A model generated the notes under the pieces. That model did not search any database. It was not told the origin of the DNA and saw only the letters and a program-made list of their open reading frames with translations. This document shows, one piece after another, positions 30,066 through 40,438 of a DNA stretch of 64,000 nt (the stretch's first letter is position 1; every line of letters starts with the position of its first letter). The translations under genes were made by a program, and so were the position numbers. Source of the stretch: Calditrichaceae bacterium (GTDB lineage Bacteria > Calditrichota > Calditrichia > Calditrichales > JBFXGD01); assembly GCA_050173015.1 (NCBI GenBank), contig JBFXLE010000005.1, forward strand, positions 172,120 to 236,119. The letters are read 5' to 3'.

Positions 30066-31643
30066 TTAATGCGAATTATTCATCCTGGCATACCATTTCT
30101 TGTTCTGTTTGTACACATTTCTAAACTCGGCGTACATTTTGTCATAGAGCGATCTGTTGGCCGGATTTGGATTATATTGTTTTTCGATTTTAATATATTT
30201 TTTTATTTCTTCAAAGGATTTAATATAGCCCAGGCTCATGCTTGCCAGTAGTGCCACACCTTTGCCGGCAGCCTCCTGCGGATCTGATACCTGGTTAATA
30301 TTCCGGTTAGTCACGTCGGCGATAATCTGACACCAGACGCTGCTTTTCGCGCCTCCGCCGATGATATTTAGTTCATCGACTTTATCATACAGATTTTCCA
30401 GCGTCTCCATTGCCCAGCGGGTATTGAAGGCAACTCCCTCAAAGACGGCTCTCACAATATGCTCTCTCGAATGGTTTAGACCGATATTATAGAGTCCTCC
30501 CCGTACATGATTGTCATCAAGGGGGCAGCGTTCTCCAAACAGCCAGGGGGTGAACATCAACCCATCCGATCCCGGTGGCGCTGATTCCGCGAGCTGATCC
30601 AGAAGCTGAAAAATTTCGCTGACGTTGCCTTCTTCCTTTAGCTGTTCTTCGTGATAAAGTACCTTTGTTTTCAGCCATTCCAGACATAATCCCGCGGTTT
30701 CCTGATGAGCAAGTCCGAGATAATATTTTTTCGGCCAGGTGCTGCCGATGCATCCCGCGTAGTGGACAAGATCGATTTTTCGTTTGGTAAAATGTCCGGC
30801 AACGCCACCGCTCGTGCCGATCCTGATGTGCAGTTCCCCGTTGTCAATCGCTCCGGACCCCAGCGCCGATGCGCTCAGGTCGCCGGCGCCGTTGATGATC
30901 GGTGTGCCGGGCAGTAATCCTGTTTCCGCGGCGGCTTCAGGCGTCAGCTCCCCTGCGATAGCCGCGCTCTCTTTTACCTCGGCAAGACGCTCGGGTATGA
31001 TACCGGGGATTTTACATAATCCGGAGTGCCACTCATTTTTATTTTTTCTGGTATCAAGAAGCCACCATATCACCGCCAGATCGACGGAAGTGACAAATTT
31101 TCCGGTGAGCTTATAGATGATAAAATCCTTGGCGTCGATAAATTTATACGTTTGCGCGAATATGTCCGGCTTATTTTTTTTAAGCCAAAGCATTTTCGCG
31201 ATGATATCTTTCCCGGTGTGTCCGGGAGTCCCTCCGGTTATTTTTAGAAATTTAAGGAGCCGGAATATATTAAAACCGAGAACCCGCGGAGCCGTCCATA
31301 AAGTATCTTTCAAAATTTCCGCGCTGCGCACATCAAGCCAGCTCATGGCGGGAGTCAGAGGTTCACCGGATTCGGATACCGGAATAAGATTTTGCATCTG
31401 TGACGCGAAGGTTACTCCGACCACATCTTTGGGTTCGACACCTGATTTTTTTAACACGGTCCGCGTATTATCGCAGACCGCATCCCACCAGTCCAGTGGA
31501 TTTTGTTCGGCGTAACCCGATTTGGGATGACTTAAATGGTAGGTTTTTTTGGCGGTGTCAATGATTTCTCCGAAAACTGTCGTTAAGAGGACTTTGTCGG
31601 AGCTGGTTCCCATATCATGCGTAATAATGTACTTTTCGGGCAT
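30066..31643 (-). CDS. FGGY family carbohydrate kinase (xylulokinase-like)
   Basis: DMGTS, EQNP..WW, GAGD, GTSG, GERCP, RAVFEG, GGGAKS motifs. Confidence 0.9.
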   Translation of the reverse strand: MPEKYIITHDMGTSSDKVLLTTVFGEIIDTAKKTYHLSHPKSGYAEQNPLDWWDAVCDNTRTVLKKSGVEPKDVVGVTFASQMQNLIPVSESGEPLTPAMSWLDVRSAEILKDTLWTAPRVLGFNIFRLLKFLKITGGTPGHTGKDIIAKMLWLKKNKPDIFAQTYKFIDAKDFIIYKLTGKFVTSVDLAVIWWLLDTRKNKNEWHSGLCKIPGIIPERLAEVKESAAIAGELTPEAAAETGLLPGTPIINGAGDLSASALGSGAIDNGELHIRIGTSGGVAGHFTKRKIDLVHYAGCIGSTWPKKYYLGLAHQETAGLCLEWLKTKVLYHEEQLKEEGNVSEIFQLLDQLAESAPPGSDGLMFTPWLFGERCPLDDNHVRGGLYNIGLNHSREHIVRAVFEGVAFNTRWAMETLENLYDKVDELNIIGGGAKSSVWCQIIADVTNRNINQVSDPQEAAGKGVALLASMSLGYIKSFEEIKKYIKIEKQYNPNPANRSLYDKMYAEFRNVYKQNKKWYARMNNSH

Positions 31644-31829
31644 AGGCTGCAATCTCTCTTTTCAGTTACTGACTCTATACGAATATAATAATACGCGATA
31701 TTATATTAAGGATTTCCCTTTCAGCACAACCGGGTTTCTTTAACCTTTTTCATATTTGGAGATGTTGACAATAAATCATATAATCACCACAACTTTGGAA
31801 AACTTTTTATTAAACAGAGAATCATGGTA

Positions 31830-32318
31830 TTATTGATCAGCATAGGACTCAACCTTGTCATCGACAACCGTTAACTCAACTCCCGCCTGTTTAAAAAGCT
31901 CCCGGGTTTCTTCGGCGGCATGATACTTCTTTTGAGCGACGACTCTTGTTATACCGACGCTTATGATCAGCATGGCGCACACCCGGCAGGGTTCCATGGT
32001 GCAGTATAAGGTGGTGCCCTGTAGCGAAATCCCGTATTTTGCCGCCTGACATATGGCATTTTGTTCGGCGTGAATGGTGCGCACGCAATGCTGAGTGATT
32101 GTGCCGTCACTGTTCAGCACTTTTTTTAGCTGATGTCCGGCCTCATCGCAGTGCGGCAGTCCCGGCGGGGAGCCGACATATCCGCTGCATAACATCCGTT
32201 TTTCACGAACAATGATACATCCGCTCTTGCCTCTGTCGCATGTTGCCCGATTCGCGACTTCAGTCACGAGCTTTAAAAAATATTCATCCCAGCTTGGGCG
32301 TTTTTTTTCGGCTGCCAT
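31830..32318 (-). CDS. dCMP/cytidine deaminase family protein (ComEB-like)
   Basis: RPSWDEYF, HAEQNA and PCRVC zinc motifs. Confidence 0.9.
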   Translation of the reverse strand: MAAEKKRPSWDEYFLKLVTEVANRATCDRGKSGCIIVREKRMLCSGYVGSPPGLPHCDEAGHQLKKVLNSDGTITQHCVRTIHAEQNAICQAAKYGISLQGTTLYCTMEPCRVCAMLIISVGITRVVAQKKYHAAEETRELFKQAGVELTVVDDKVESYADQ

Positions 32319-32460
32319 ATGGTCCGATCCTTTCAAATTCGCCAACAGACCCAGAATTTAACTTTAATATAACTGAAATATGATTATATTCAAGTTCTAA
32401 TTTTAAGGTTGTTTGATCATTATGTGAGCAGGAGATTATAAAAGTTGAAGCTATGAAGGA

Positions 32461-33921
32461 TTATTCCGATCGCATAATATTTCGCCTGATTCCCGCGTCG
32501 GGCGCGGAATCGTTGAATCTTATCTGATCGAAAAACAGATCAATACCCAGGGCATCATACACTTCTGAGAGATCGGGAAAGTCACTGGAATTGACATGCG
32601 CGTTGTATAAATCTGTAAAAACGGTTGTCCGGGTGAGCAAATCCAGTTTTCCGGATATCTCCAGAGCGGTCCACATGCGGTCAGAAGGCATACAGCATTC
32701 TCTGAGCAGGCCGAGCGCTGTATCAAGAGTCATTTTGCCGCCGGATAATTTACGCAGACGCCAGTCGGCCATCAGCATCATTCCCGCGCCGCTCCAGTAA
32801 ACTCTCATAAACGCCCGGTTACGGTACATGTGTTCGGCCGCGTCGCTTAGTGTTTCATCACCGGATTCATTTTTGCCGCGGTTAAAGCCTTCGTGTAGTT
32901 TCTTCCAGGCCTTTTTTTCAGTAAGAATTCCGGTTCGGGCTAGCAAGACATTTTGATAATAACTGGCAAGCCCTTCAGAAAACCAGGCGTCATTTCTGCT
33001 TATGAACGGCAGGGTCAAATGACTAAATTCATGAAAAGCGGTCCAATCCTTCAAAAAATCCTCTTGTGCCCGGCGCTGATCAATAAAAAAATGCGCCGCG
33101 GGGCTGCCTCCCCTTAAAACCTGCGCATAGGGCACCGGCTCACGGCCTTTGTTTACGGGTATAACTAAAACCTGAGTATATTTTTGTGGAAACTGTCCAT
33201 AAATATCAGCCACCGCCTGCGCGGATTTTTGAATCCAGTGACTGATCTCATCCGGTTTAACAGGAGGATCACCATCCATTATGGCAAGTAAAAGAGTGCC
33301 GCCGGAAACCTGAATTTCTTTTGAATAGAATTTACCAAAGACAACCGTGACCGGCCATTCATGAGGGGTATGACCCAACCGGTATACAGCTTTTCCGGGT
33401 TCCGTGCTGACCTTCTCCCATGGGGCGGAGACCTTTATGTTCCCCGGAAGTTCAAAGGATATCAGGATATCAACATCTGTCCGGTCTTCTTTTGGAAGCC
33501 ATAACCACAGATCCGCGGAGGTGATCAGGGCCGAACCCGCTCTTCTGACCATGCTCCATTTATTTTTACTAACCGCGCTCTGTAAGTCAACCTGATATTC
33601 GATACCGCTGCCATCGGCGATTTTGCCAAGGTTGATTTTATTGTCACCGATATTCGTTTCGTTGTTTCCTCTGACATGGGTCAGATATTTAGAAGCTTTT
33701 TTATTGCCTGAATAAAGAACATCCGGGGAAGGCCCTTGATAAATAATCTGAACGGTCAGGAACGCTAAAGATGAATCAACGCGGACAGAATAATAATGAA
33801 TCCTTTTTTTTTGACCGGAAAAGACAGACATCCCGCAGATGAAAGAGAATATGATAAGTAAAACACCTATCGGGAACAGAGCGGGATTGACCTTAATATT
33901 TTGAATCCGGATATTCATCAT
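32461..33921 (-). CDS. Gluzincin (M61/M1-like) metallopeptidase
   Basis: HEFSH…WFSEGLASYY; N-terminal membrane anchor. Confidence 0.75.
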   Translation of the reverse strand: MMNIRIQNIKVNPALFPIGVLLIIFSFICGMSVFSGQKKRIHYYSVRVDSSLAFLTVQIIYQGPSPDVLYSGNKKASKYLTHVRGNNETNIGDNKINLGKIADGSGIEYQVDLQSAVSKNKWSMVRRAGSALITSADLWLWLPKEDRTDVDILISFELPGNIKVSAPWEKVSTEPGKAVYRLGHTPHEWPVTVVFGKFYSKEIQVSGGTLLLAIMDGDPPVKPDEISHWIQKSAQAVADIYGQFPQKYTQVLVIPVNKGREPVPYAQVLRGGSPAAHFFIDQRRAQEDFLKDWTAFHEFSHLTLPFISRNDAWFSEGLASYYQNVLLARTGILTEKKAWKKLHEGFNRGKNESGDETLSDAAEHMYRNRAFMRVYWSGAGMMLMADWRLRKLSGGKMTLDTALGLLRECCMPSDRMWTALEISGKLDLLTRTTVFTDLYNAHVNSSDFPDLSEVYDALGIDLFFDQIRFNDSAPDAGIRRNIMRSE

Positions 33922-34012
33922 CTTTCTTCTCTTAATGCATATAAATATTTAAGTGAAGAAGACAATAAAATATTTCAAAAATTCGGTTGGATGGCTGAAA
34001 GCCGCAAAGCGA

Positions 34013-36787
34013 CTATTTGAGATATAGCATTTTTCCTGTTCCGCTGAATAGAATTCGGGAACCCGAGGTTGCCCGTATCAAATAAAAATAAACACCGCTC
34101 GCCATGCCCGCGTGCGGTTGATAAACGAAACGGTGAAGCCCGGGCCGTTGCTGCTTTTTTAGCGGGATATCAATACGCCGTCCCGATATATCAAAAACGG
34201 CGATTTCAACGTCCGATATTTGCGGAATAGTGTACTCAATGGTTGTAGAAGGATTGAACGGATTGGGATAATTTTGGCGGATTGAAAAAGCCAACGGCAA
34301 TGATTCTGTATGCTCAACAGGTGTGGATATGTTGATATCTTCAATTTTAATTTCATGATTTTCTGTCGTGTTCAAATCGGATTGAACATACAAAATTTGA
34401 TTATCGGGGTCATAATAATACCCGTTCTCCGATTGTCGCAACAACACAAGAGAGGCGAAGGCGCTCGTTTCAGCGTTGTCAACAAACAGCCTTTCAGGAG
34501 CGCTATTCACCTGATGAATTTCGGCAAGATAAACACGGTCGGCGGGCATTCCCGCGTAACTACCTTCAGAGGCGCCGATAATCATCATCATTATATTTTT
34601 ACTGTCCTGTGTATAAAATGACTGAGAAAAATTTGTCAATGTATAGCTGCCAAGCTGATATTCCAGACTGTTATTATCATCTTCATACAATATAAAGGAC
34701 GCGTCGGCTTCCGGGTCGGGATAGACGGTGAGCGTCAAAGTATCCACGGGAAATTCATCCACATAATTCATCACCGGCTGCATGGGAATAATGCTCCCTG
34801 CTTTGATGAACAGCGGGATTTGATCAAGGGGTGCGTCAACCGAAACACTTCGCCCGCCTTCATAAATCTGATCTGTCCAGAAATCAAACCAGCGCCCCGA
34901 AGGAAGATAGAAGGTCTTGCTTCGCTGCCCCGACTGAACCACCGGGGACACCAGGATGTTCTCCCCGAAAAGGAATGAATCCTCATCATTAGTAAGAGCG
35001 GGATCATCGGGATCGGCAAAAAACAACGGTCTGGCAATGGGCATTCCGGTCGTGTAATTTTCGTAGGCCAGCGTATAGAGATAGGGCAATAACCGATAGC
35101 GCAACTGAATGAATTTTTTGCTGATCGCTTCGGCTTCTGTTCCGAATCCCCAGGGTTCGGTGGACTGATTATCCACACCATGCGCGCGCATCACCGGATT
35201 GAAGGCCCCGAACTCGATCCAACGGATATACAGCTCCGGAGAAGATGTTCCGGTGAATCCCCCCAAGTCGGAACTGTGATAAGCCAGGCCGGAAATTCCG
35301 GTATTAAGCATCAACGCCGGCTGAACAGCCAAACCCCCGAAAGTTCTTGAAACATCTCCCGACCAGGTAAATACCCCGTAGCGCTGAATCCCGGCATAGC
35401 CCGAGCGGGTAAGATTCACAACCCGTTCATTGGGACGGTAATCGCTGAATCCTTCATACACGGTTTTGGCCCAGAGAAGATTGTACAGATTATGTATTTC
35501 ACGTGCTCCGCCAAGAAAATGCACCATATCGACAGGATGATTTTCCGGTTCTCCAAGATCTGTCCATACACCGGCCACCCCATAATCCATAAATGTCCGG
35601 TACTCGTTCCATAACCACTCCCGCGCGTCCGGATTTGTAATATCAAACAAAACCGCGTTACAACCGCATGACCACCAGTTGGAAAGGATATAGGGATTTC
35701 CAAAAGCATCCATAGCGCTGTACGCGCTCAGAGATCCGGTAAGATCGGAATAATGCCGGGAGTACTGGGTAAAATACGGTTCGGTGATGACAATGGTCTT
35801 AAATCCCCGGTCCATGAAATCAGAGGTCATTCCCGCCGGATCGGGCCAATCGCCAAAATCCCAGGACAGATCACCCATGTTTTGAAACCAGTAAAGATCA
35901 AGTATAATGGCATCGGCGGGGATATTTTTGGCGCGCATGGTACTGACCATGTTACGGGCTTCGTTTTCATTTCGGTAGCCGAATTTTGATTGCAGATATC
36001 CCAGCGCCCATTTTGGCGGAAGCGGCTGTCTCCCCGTAAGCCAGGTGTAGGCCTCGATTTGATCGGGAACGGTTTCACCTGCGATAAAGAAATAGGAAAG
36101 GACGCCTCCATACACATGATAATAAAAATTATCCGGTTCATACACCCCAAGATCAAATTCCGCTTTACCGTTATTTTCGAAATAAAGCGCGTATCCCCGC
36201 GCGGATGAAAGAAAGGGAATGTTGATGTTCATGGTTGAAGGGACGGGAGATCCATACCCGTAAACCTGTGTGTTATAACTGGTAAAAGCGTAACCGCGTA
36301 AATCCAGATCCAATCCCCGTTCACCGGTTCCGTAAAAGTGATCGGCGGGATCGAGCATAAATGTGGCCGCTTTATCATCTCCGTTCCATAAAAATCCGCC
36401 GGCGGACGGTTCGTCCAGCAACGGCATTCCGGAAGCCGTCTCGTAATGTATCCGCAAAGGAAATTTATCCAGCCTGATTGTCAATCCGGCAGTCTGAATA
36501 TTGATTTCACTCTCAGATTCGCTAAGGGTGTATGATATGGCCTCACTGGTGTCCTGAACAACAACCCGGGATGTATCGGGCGCGGTATTTCCATCCGGGA
36601 GAAGATCGACGCGAACGATATCAGACCGGTAAAAGGTAAATATTATGGCGGCGGGATTGGCTTCTACAATAATCTGCTTGCCTGAAATTCGGTAACCCGT
36701 AAAATCACCGGTAGATGACTGTCCAAAGACCAATCCGGTATGCAACGCGATGACAATTATAATAGATAAAGCGTTTTTTATACGCAT
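34013..36787 (-). CDS. Glycoside hydrolase family 31 with C-terminal sorting domain
   Basis: LDLYW, WTDLGEPE nucleophile motif, WSGD, SDLGGF, ELYIRW, MRAH; C-terminal NYPNPFNP…SGVYF…MLYLK. Confidence 0.92.
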   Translation of the reverse strand: MRIKNALSIIIVIALHTGLVFGQSSTGDFTGYRISGKQIIVEANPAAIIFTFYRSDIVRVDLLPDGNTAPDTSRVVVQDTSEAISYTLSESESEINIQTAGLTIRLDKFPLRIHYETASGMPLLDEPSAGGFLWNGDDKAATFMLDPADHFYGTGERGLDLDLRGYAFTSYNTQVYGYGSPVPSTMNINIPFLSSARGYALYFENNGKAEFDLGVYEPDNFYYHVYGGVLSYFFIAGETVPDQIEAYTWLTGRQPLPPKWALGYLQSKFGYRNENEARNMVSTMRAKNIPADAIILDLYWFQNMGDLSWDFGDWPDPAGMTSDFMDRGFKTIVITEPYFTQYSRHYSDLTGSLSAYSAMDAFGNPYILSNWWSCGCNAVLFDITNPDAREWLWNEYRTFMDYGVAGVWTDLGEPENHPVDMVHFLGGAREIHNLYNLLWAKTVYEGFSDYRPNERVVNLTRSGYAGIQRYGVFTWSGDVSRTFGGLAVQPALMLNTGISGLAYHSSDLGGFTGTSSPELYIRWIEFGAFNPVMRAHGVDNQSTEPWGFGTEAEAISKKFIQLRYRLLPYLYTLAYENYTTGMPIARPLFFADPDDPALTNDEDSFLFGENILVSPVVQSGQRSKTFYLPSGRWFDFWTDQIYEGGRSVSVDAPLDQIPLFIKAGSIIPMQPVMNYVDEFPVDTLTLTVYPDPEADASFILYEDDNNSLEYQLGSYTLTNFSQSFYTQDSKNIMMMIIGASEGSYAGMPADRVYLAEIHQVNSAPERLFVDNAETSAFASLVLLRQSENGYYYDPDNQILYVQSDLNTTENHEIKIEDINISTPVEHTESLPLAFSIRQNYPNPFNPSTTIEYTIPQISDVEIAVFDISGRRIDIPLKKQQRPGLHRFVYQPHAGMASGVYFYLIRATSGSRILFSGTGKMLYLK

Positions 36788-36818
36788 TAGCCGCCTTCTT
36801 GCTCTCAAATTTTATGTT

Positions 36819-39800
36819 TTAATCTGTTCTTAACAACCGTTTAAACCAAAGAATGGAAATCACCGCCAATGCCAGCGATGAAAGAACAGCGCCCGGGATC
36901 GCTTCGGGAACAGCATTAAACACCCCCTGTTTGACTGAACCGAGAATCATCAATGACCCGCTCATCAATGGAATGAGCGCCGGTTGAAAACGGAATACGG
37001 TAATATACATGATAATAAAATATATACCTGAAATTATTCCCAGGGTCATCCAAAGGTTGAGATTGTCAATGGCAAATCCGCTGTAAATAAAGCCGAATAA
37101 GAAAAGCGCCAGGAGAGTAAGGATTTTTCTGCCGGACCATCCGTCAGAGAATTTATCAAGGGCGGTGAATACCAGCAAGAGCAGGGCGGTTTCGATAATA
37201 TACCCGGCGATGGGCTGTAATGCCGCACCAAGAAGTGGGATTGAACCGGCGATCGTTTTATATTCCGCCCAGACCGGCTTGAGGACCGGACCGGTTAATG
37301 ATCCCGCGGATGTTAGTAATCCCGCGAAAAGCAGCCCGATGGAGGCTCCAGCTAAAATCATGGTGAAGCTACCGCGGGCTTTTTGGGCTCGTTTCCATTT
37401 TTGCGTGAATCCGCCGATAAAGGCGGGGCCGGCCGCGAGAAGCAGGATCAAAATAACAGGCATAACGAGCGCGAGAATCATCTGATTGAAATACGGTTCG
37501 GATGTCGAAAATTTAGCGACAGAACAATTCCATTCATTGATGATGTCAATAATCCCGATTCCAAGCAGAAAAGTGAGAATCCATAAAAAAACAGAGGGAG
37601 AAAATTTCTTTCTGCTCCAGGCAACGATAGCGCCGATTATACCGGCGAGGAAAATCAACACGGCAGACATGATGACGAGACCCCTGATGAGTCTTGAAAG
37701 ATTCGTTCTGTTTATTTCATCGCGTTCCCAGTCTTCCTTGACATATATATAACGATAACTGTCAGTCACCTCTTTGCCCGAAATGAGAACCGCGATCCGG
37801 GCCTCCCCGTTTTCGGTCGAATAAACCATCGTGTCCGCGAAAGTAATCGTCCAGTCAAGACGATTTTCAAGCCGTGAAGGTTCTACAGAGATCACTTTCA
37901 GGACTGAGGGGTCCATCCGGTGCAGATTGACGATTACAGAATCGGCTATTTTTTTTGCCTGTTCTTCTTCAAGAATCGCGCCGGTTCTTGCCTCGGGCAG
38001 GATATGGCGGAAACGGATATTGTTTTCATCCTGAATCAATATCTGATATTCCTCGGCTCTATCCGCCACATCACCTTCAAAACGGATATAACGAATCTTC
38101 CAGTATGGCGGTGACAGGTAGTTGCCGATCAATCCGGCGTAGCTCTCAGACCCTTCTGTCTGCCAGATCATCCGGTCATCCGCGCCGTTGGGGGATTCAA
38201 TACAGCTCAGCATCCTCCATTCTTTGGGTAACTGAATATTTCTTTCCTTCATAATTGTATCGGCAATTCGAATCGCCTCAGTTTTTTGAATATCCAAACG
38301 TGGCGCTTCGTTTTTGAAATTGGCGGTGAAAATCCAAAGAACAAGCCCGGCAATTCCGGCAAATATTAGGAAGTAATTGATGTTTTTTCCCTGTGAAACT
38401 TCCTCTTTTTGGGGAGTCGGCACCGGTTTTTCTTTCAACGGATCCGGTTCCCATGATCCGTTAAGCTGTTCATCCCTTATTGTTGTCCATTTTTTGGATC
38501 TTAAGCGGGCAAACAGGATTACCCACAGCGGAACCAGCACGAGAATGAAAACCATCAGGCGGTCGGCCCAGATTCCGGGAGCGGTCGAAACAAATAAAGG
38601 AAGGGCGAACCAAACAACATCCACAGCGTAATGCAGAATAATACCCGGAAGCAACCCGAAGTACAGATAAACAAGACCGAAACCGATAGAAGGGATAATC
38701 AGTTCCACTAGTCTGGCGTACGCCGGCTGCTGCGGATAATTGGCGTGAGCCGCCCCAAAAATCACCGCCTGGAGAATAAACGCGGCGAATATCCAGGCTT
38801 TTCTGTGCCCGTATTTTTGACCGATCAGAGCGGCCCCGGCGATGGGAATCGCCCGGAACAGACATTCTTCCATAAAACCGGCCTGAAAAGAAATGGTTAT
38901 GGATGACAGCCAGGGAAAATATGAGGCCAGTATATCGGGCTCAAATAAAGCCTCGGATGGCGACCACCAGCCAAGATACCGCGAGGCAAAAAAGTATAAC
39001 CCGATATCGAAGGCAAAGAACAATCCAACCGCCAGATACCCGCCGAATGTCTGTCCCCAAACAACCGGCGAGCTTGCCGTGTCTTTTGACCAAATATTCC
39101 AGAACCGCAGATGGTTAGGAAAGGCTTTTCTTGTGAGACTTTCCGCCGCCATAAATGAAAGCGTAAAAAAGATTGTCAGTCCGATAAATGACACGAGCAA
39201 ACCGACAATCTGCTGCATTACAAACCCTTGCGCGGAGAGGGCCGTGTCATATCTCATCCATGACAGCGGCCATCGGTTCAAAGAGTTTAATATTTGCAGC
39301 AGCGCGACAAAGATCCCCCAGAACAGAGGTTTTCGCCAGATAATCCATCTTTGCCGGATGAGAAAAAACAATCCGATGATCATACCGCCCAAAAAGTAAA
39401 AAATGATCATTCCCACCAACGCGCCCGCGGAGATGGTTTCATTTGATGAACGCATTTCACTGTATCGTCTGGAGAAGGCTTCGGGTATTTTCACAAAATG
39501 CGTTAATTCGGTAAACTTATCACCCGATACGACCAGGCGCATGCGATAGTGGGCGTCACCGGTTTTAATATCGGCGCGTTCATATACAAAGGTATGATCA
39601 ACACGGCCGCCGGGGCGGACTTCCTTCGACGTTTCCACAAGATTATATACACTCAGATCAGTTTTTAGGAACAGCCGCGCGTTTTGTTCGGCGATCACCC
39701 GGGCGGAGTCCGGTATTAATGCCGCGCCCGGCGCCTTCTCCGAAAGCGTTTCGACAAAACCGTATGGTTCGCCTCCCGGTGTGAAGCGGATTTCCGTTTC

Positions 39801-40139
39801 ATTTACTTCCGATTCTCTGTAATGACGAACATGCCATGTGTAAGGATAGTAGATTTTCTCCTCAAGGACGGCGCTGAATGCTTCCGCTCCCCCCGCTTCA
39901 AGCTCCACATAATTCTGAAATTTGTTGTCCAGGTCAAACGAAGCCGCCTGATCAAAATCAGTGGGTCCGAGATTTAGGATTCCGGAAAACTGTTCCGCGG
40001 CGCTCAGTGCCGTCTGCCTGTCCATCTGCAGATCCAGATTAACAAGCGGATAGGCCATAGGGAAAAACCGGTAGGTAAATATGGCGCCTGCAATGGAAAA
40101 AATAGTAAGAATGATCCAGAAAGCGGGTTTTCTAAACAT
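36819..40139 (-). CDS. Large CPBP (CAAX/Abi) family intramembrane metalloprotease
   Basis: EECLFR, FGAAH and H…D (LHYAVD) motifs; many TM segments; two related soluble domains. Confidence 0.8.
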   Translation of the reverse strand: MFRKPAFWIILTIFSIAGAIFTYRFFPMAYPLVNLDLQMDRQTALSAAEQFSGILNLGPTDFDQAASFDLDNKFQNYVELEAGGAEAFSAVLEEKIYYPYTWHVRHYRESEVNETEIRFTPGGEPYGFVETLSEKAPGAALIPDSARVIAEQNARLFLKTDLSVYNLVETSKEVRPGGRVDHTFVYERADIKTGDAHYRMRLVVSGDKFTELTHFVKIPEAFSRRYSEMRSSNETISAGALVGMIIFYFLGGMIIGLFFLIRQRWIIWRKPLFWGIFVALLQILNSLNRWPLSWMRYDTALSAQGFVMQQIVGLLVSFIGLTIFFTLSFMAAESLTRKAFPNHLRFWNIWSKDTASSPVVWGQTFGGYLAVGLFFAFDIGLYFFASRYLGWWSPSEALFEPDILASYFPWLSSITISFQAGFMEECLFRAIPIAGAALIGQKYGHRKAWIFAAFILQAVIFGAAHANYPQQPAYARLVELIIPSIGFGLVYLYFGLLPGIILHYAVDVVWFALPLFVSTAPGIWADRLMVFILVLVPLWVILFARLRSKKWTTIRDEQLNGSWEPDPLKEKPVPTPQKEEVSQGKNINYFLIFAGIAGLVLWIFTANFKNEAPRLDIQKTEAIRIADTIMKERNIQLPKEWRMLSCIESPNGADDRMIWQTEGSESYAGLIGNYLSPPYWKIRYIRFEGDVADRAEEYQILIQDENNIRFRHILPEARTGAILEEEQAKKIADSVIVNLHRMDPSVLKVISVEPSRLENRLDWTITFADTMVYSTENGEARIAVLISGKEVTDSYRYIYVKEDWERDEINRTNLSRLIRGLVIMSAVLIFLAGIIGAIVAWSRKKFSPSVFLWILTFLLGIGIIDIINEWNCSVAKFSTSEPYFNQMILALVMPVILILLLAAGPAFIGGFTQKWKRAQKARGSFTMILAGASIGLLFAGLLTSAGSLTGPVLKPVWAEYKTIAGSIPLLGAALQPIAGYIIETALLLLVFTALDKFSDGWSGRKILTLLALFLFGFIYSGFAIDNLNLWMTLGIISGIYFIIMYITVFRFQPALIPLMSGSLMILGSVKQGVFNAVPEAIPGAVLSSLALAVISILWFKRLLRTD

Positions 40140-40438
40140 CTCATCCCCCAATTTTTTTTGAGAATGGATTTAAATATGATGAAGATTCGCCGGACTAAAT
40201 GAACGGTTGTGTGAAAATATAAGCACGGGAGGCGTTCATAGGAAATATTAATAAATTAATTAATTCGGAAGGTTTGGCCGGATCGCGACCAATTATTAAT
40301 TATGATGAGACCTAAGATTATTCAACGGGCTTTGAAGCCGTAATCAGGAATTGAATATTATAAATCTTGTAATGAATAAAAGTGTATGATATTTTACAAA
40401 AGCTGAATAATTGAGACAGCTTTTGGTAAGGTTAGACT

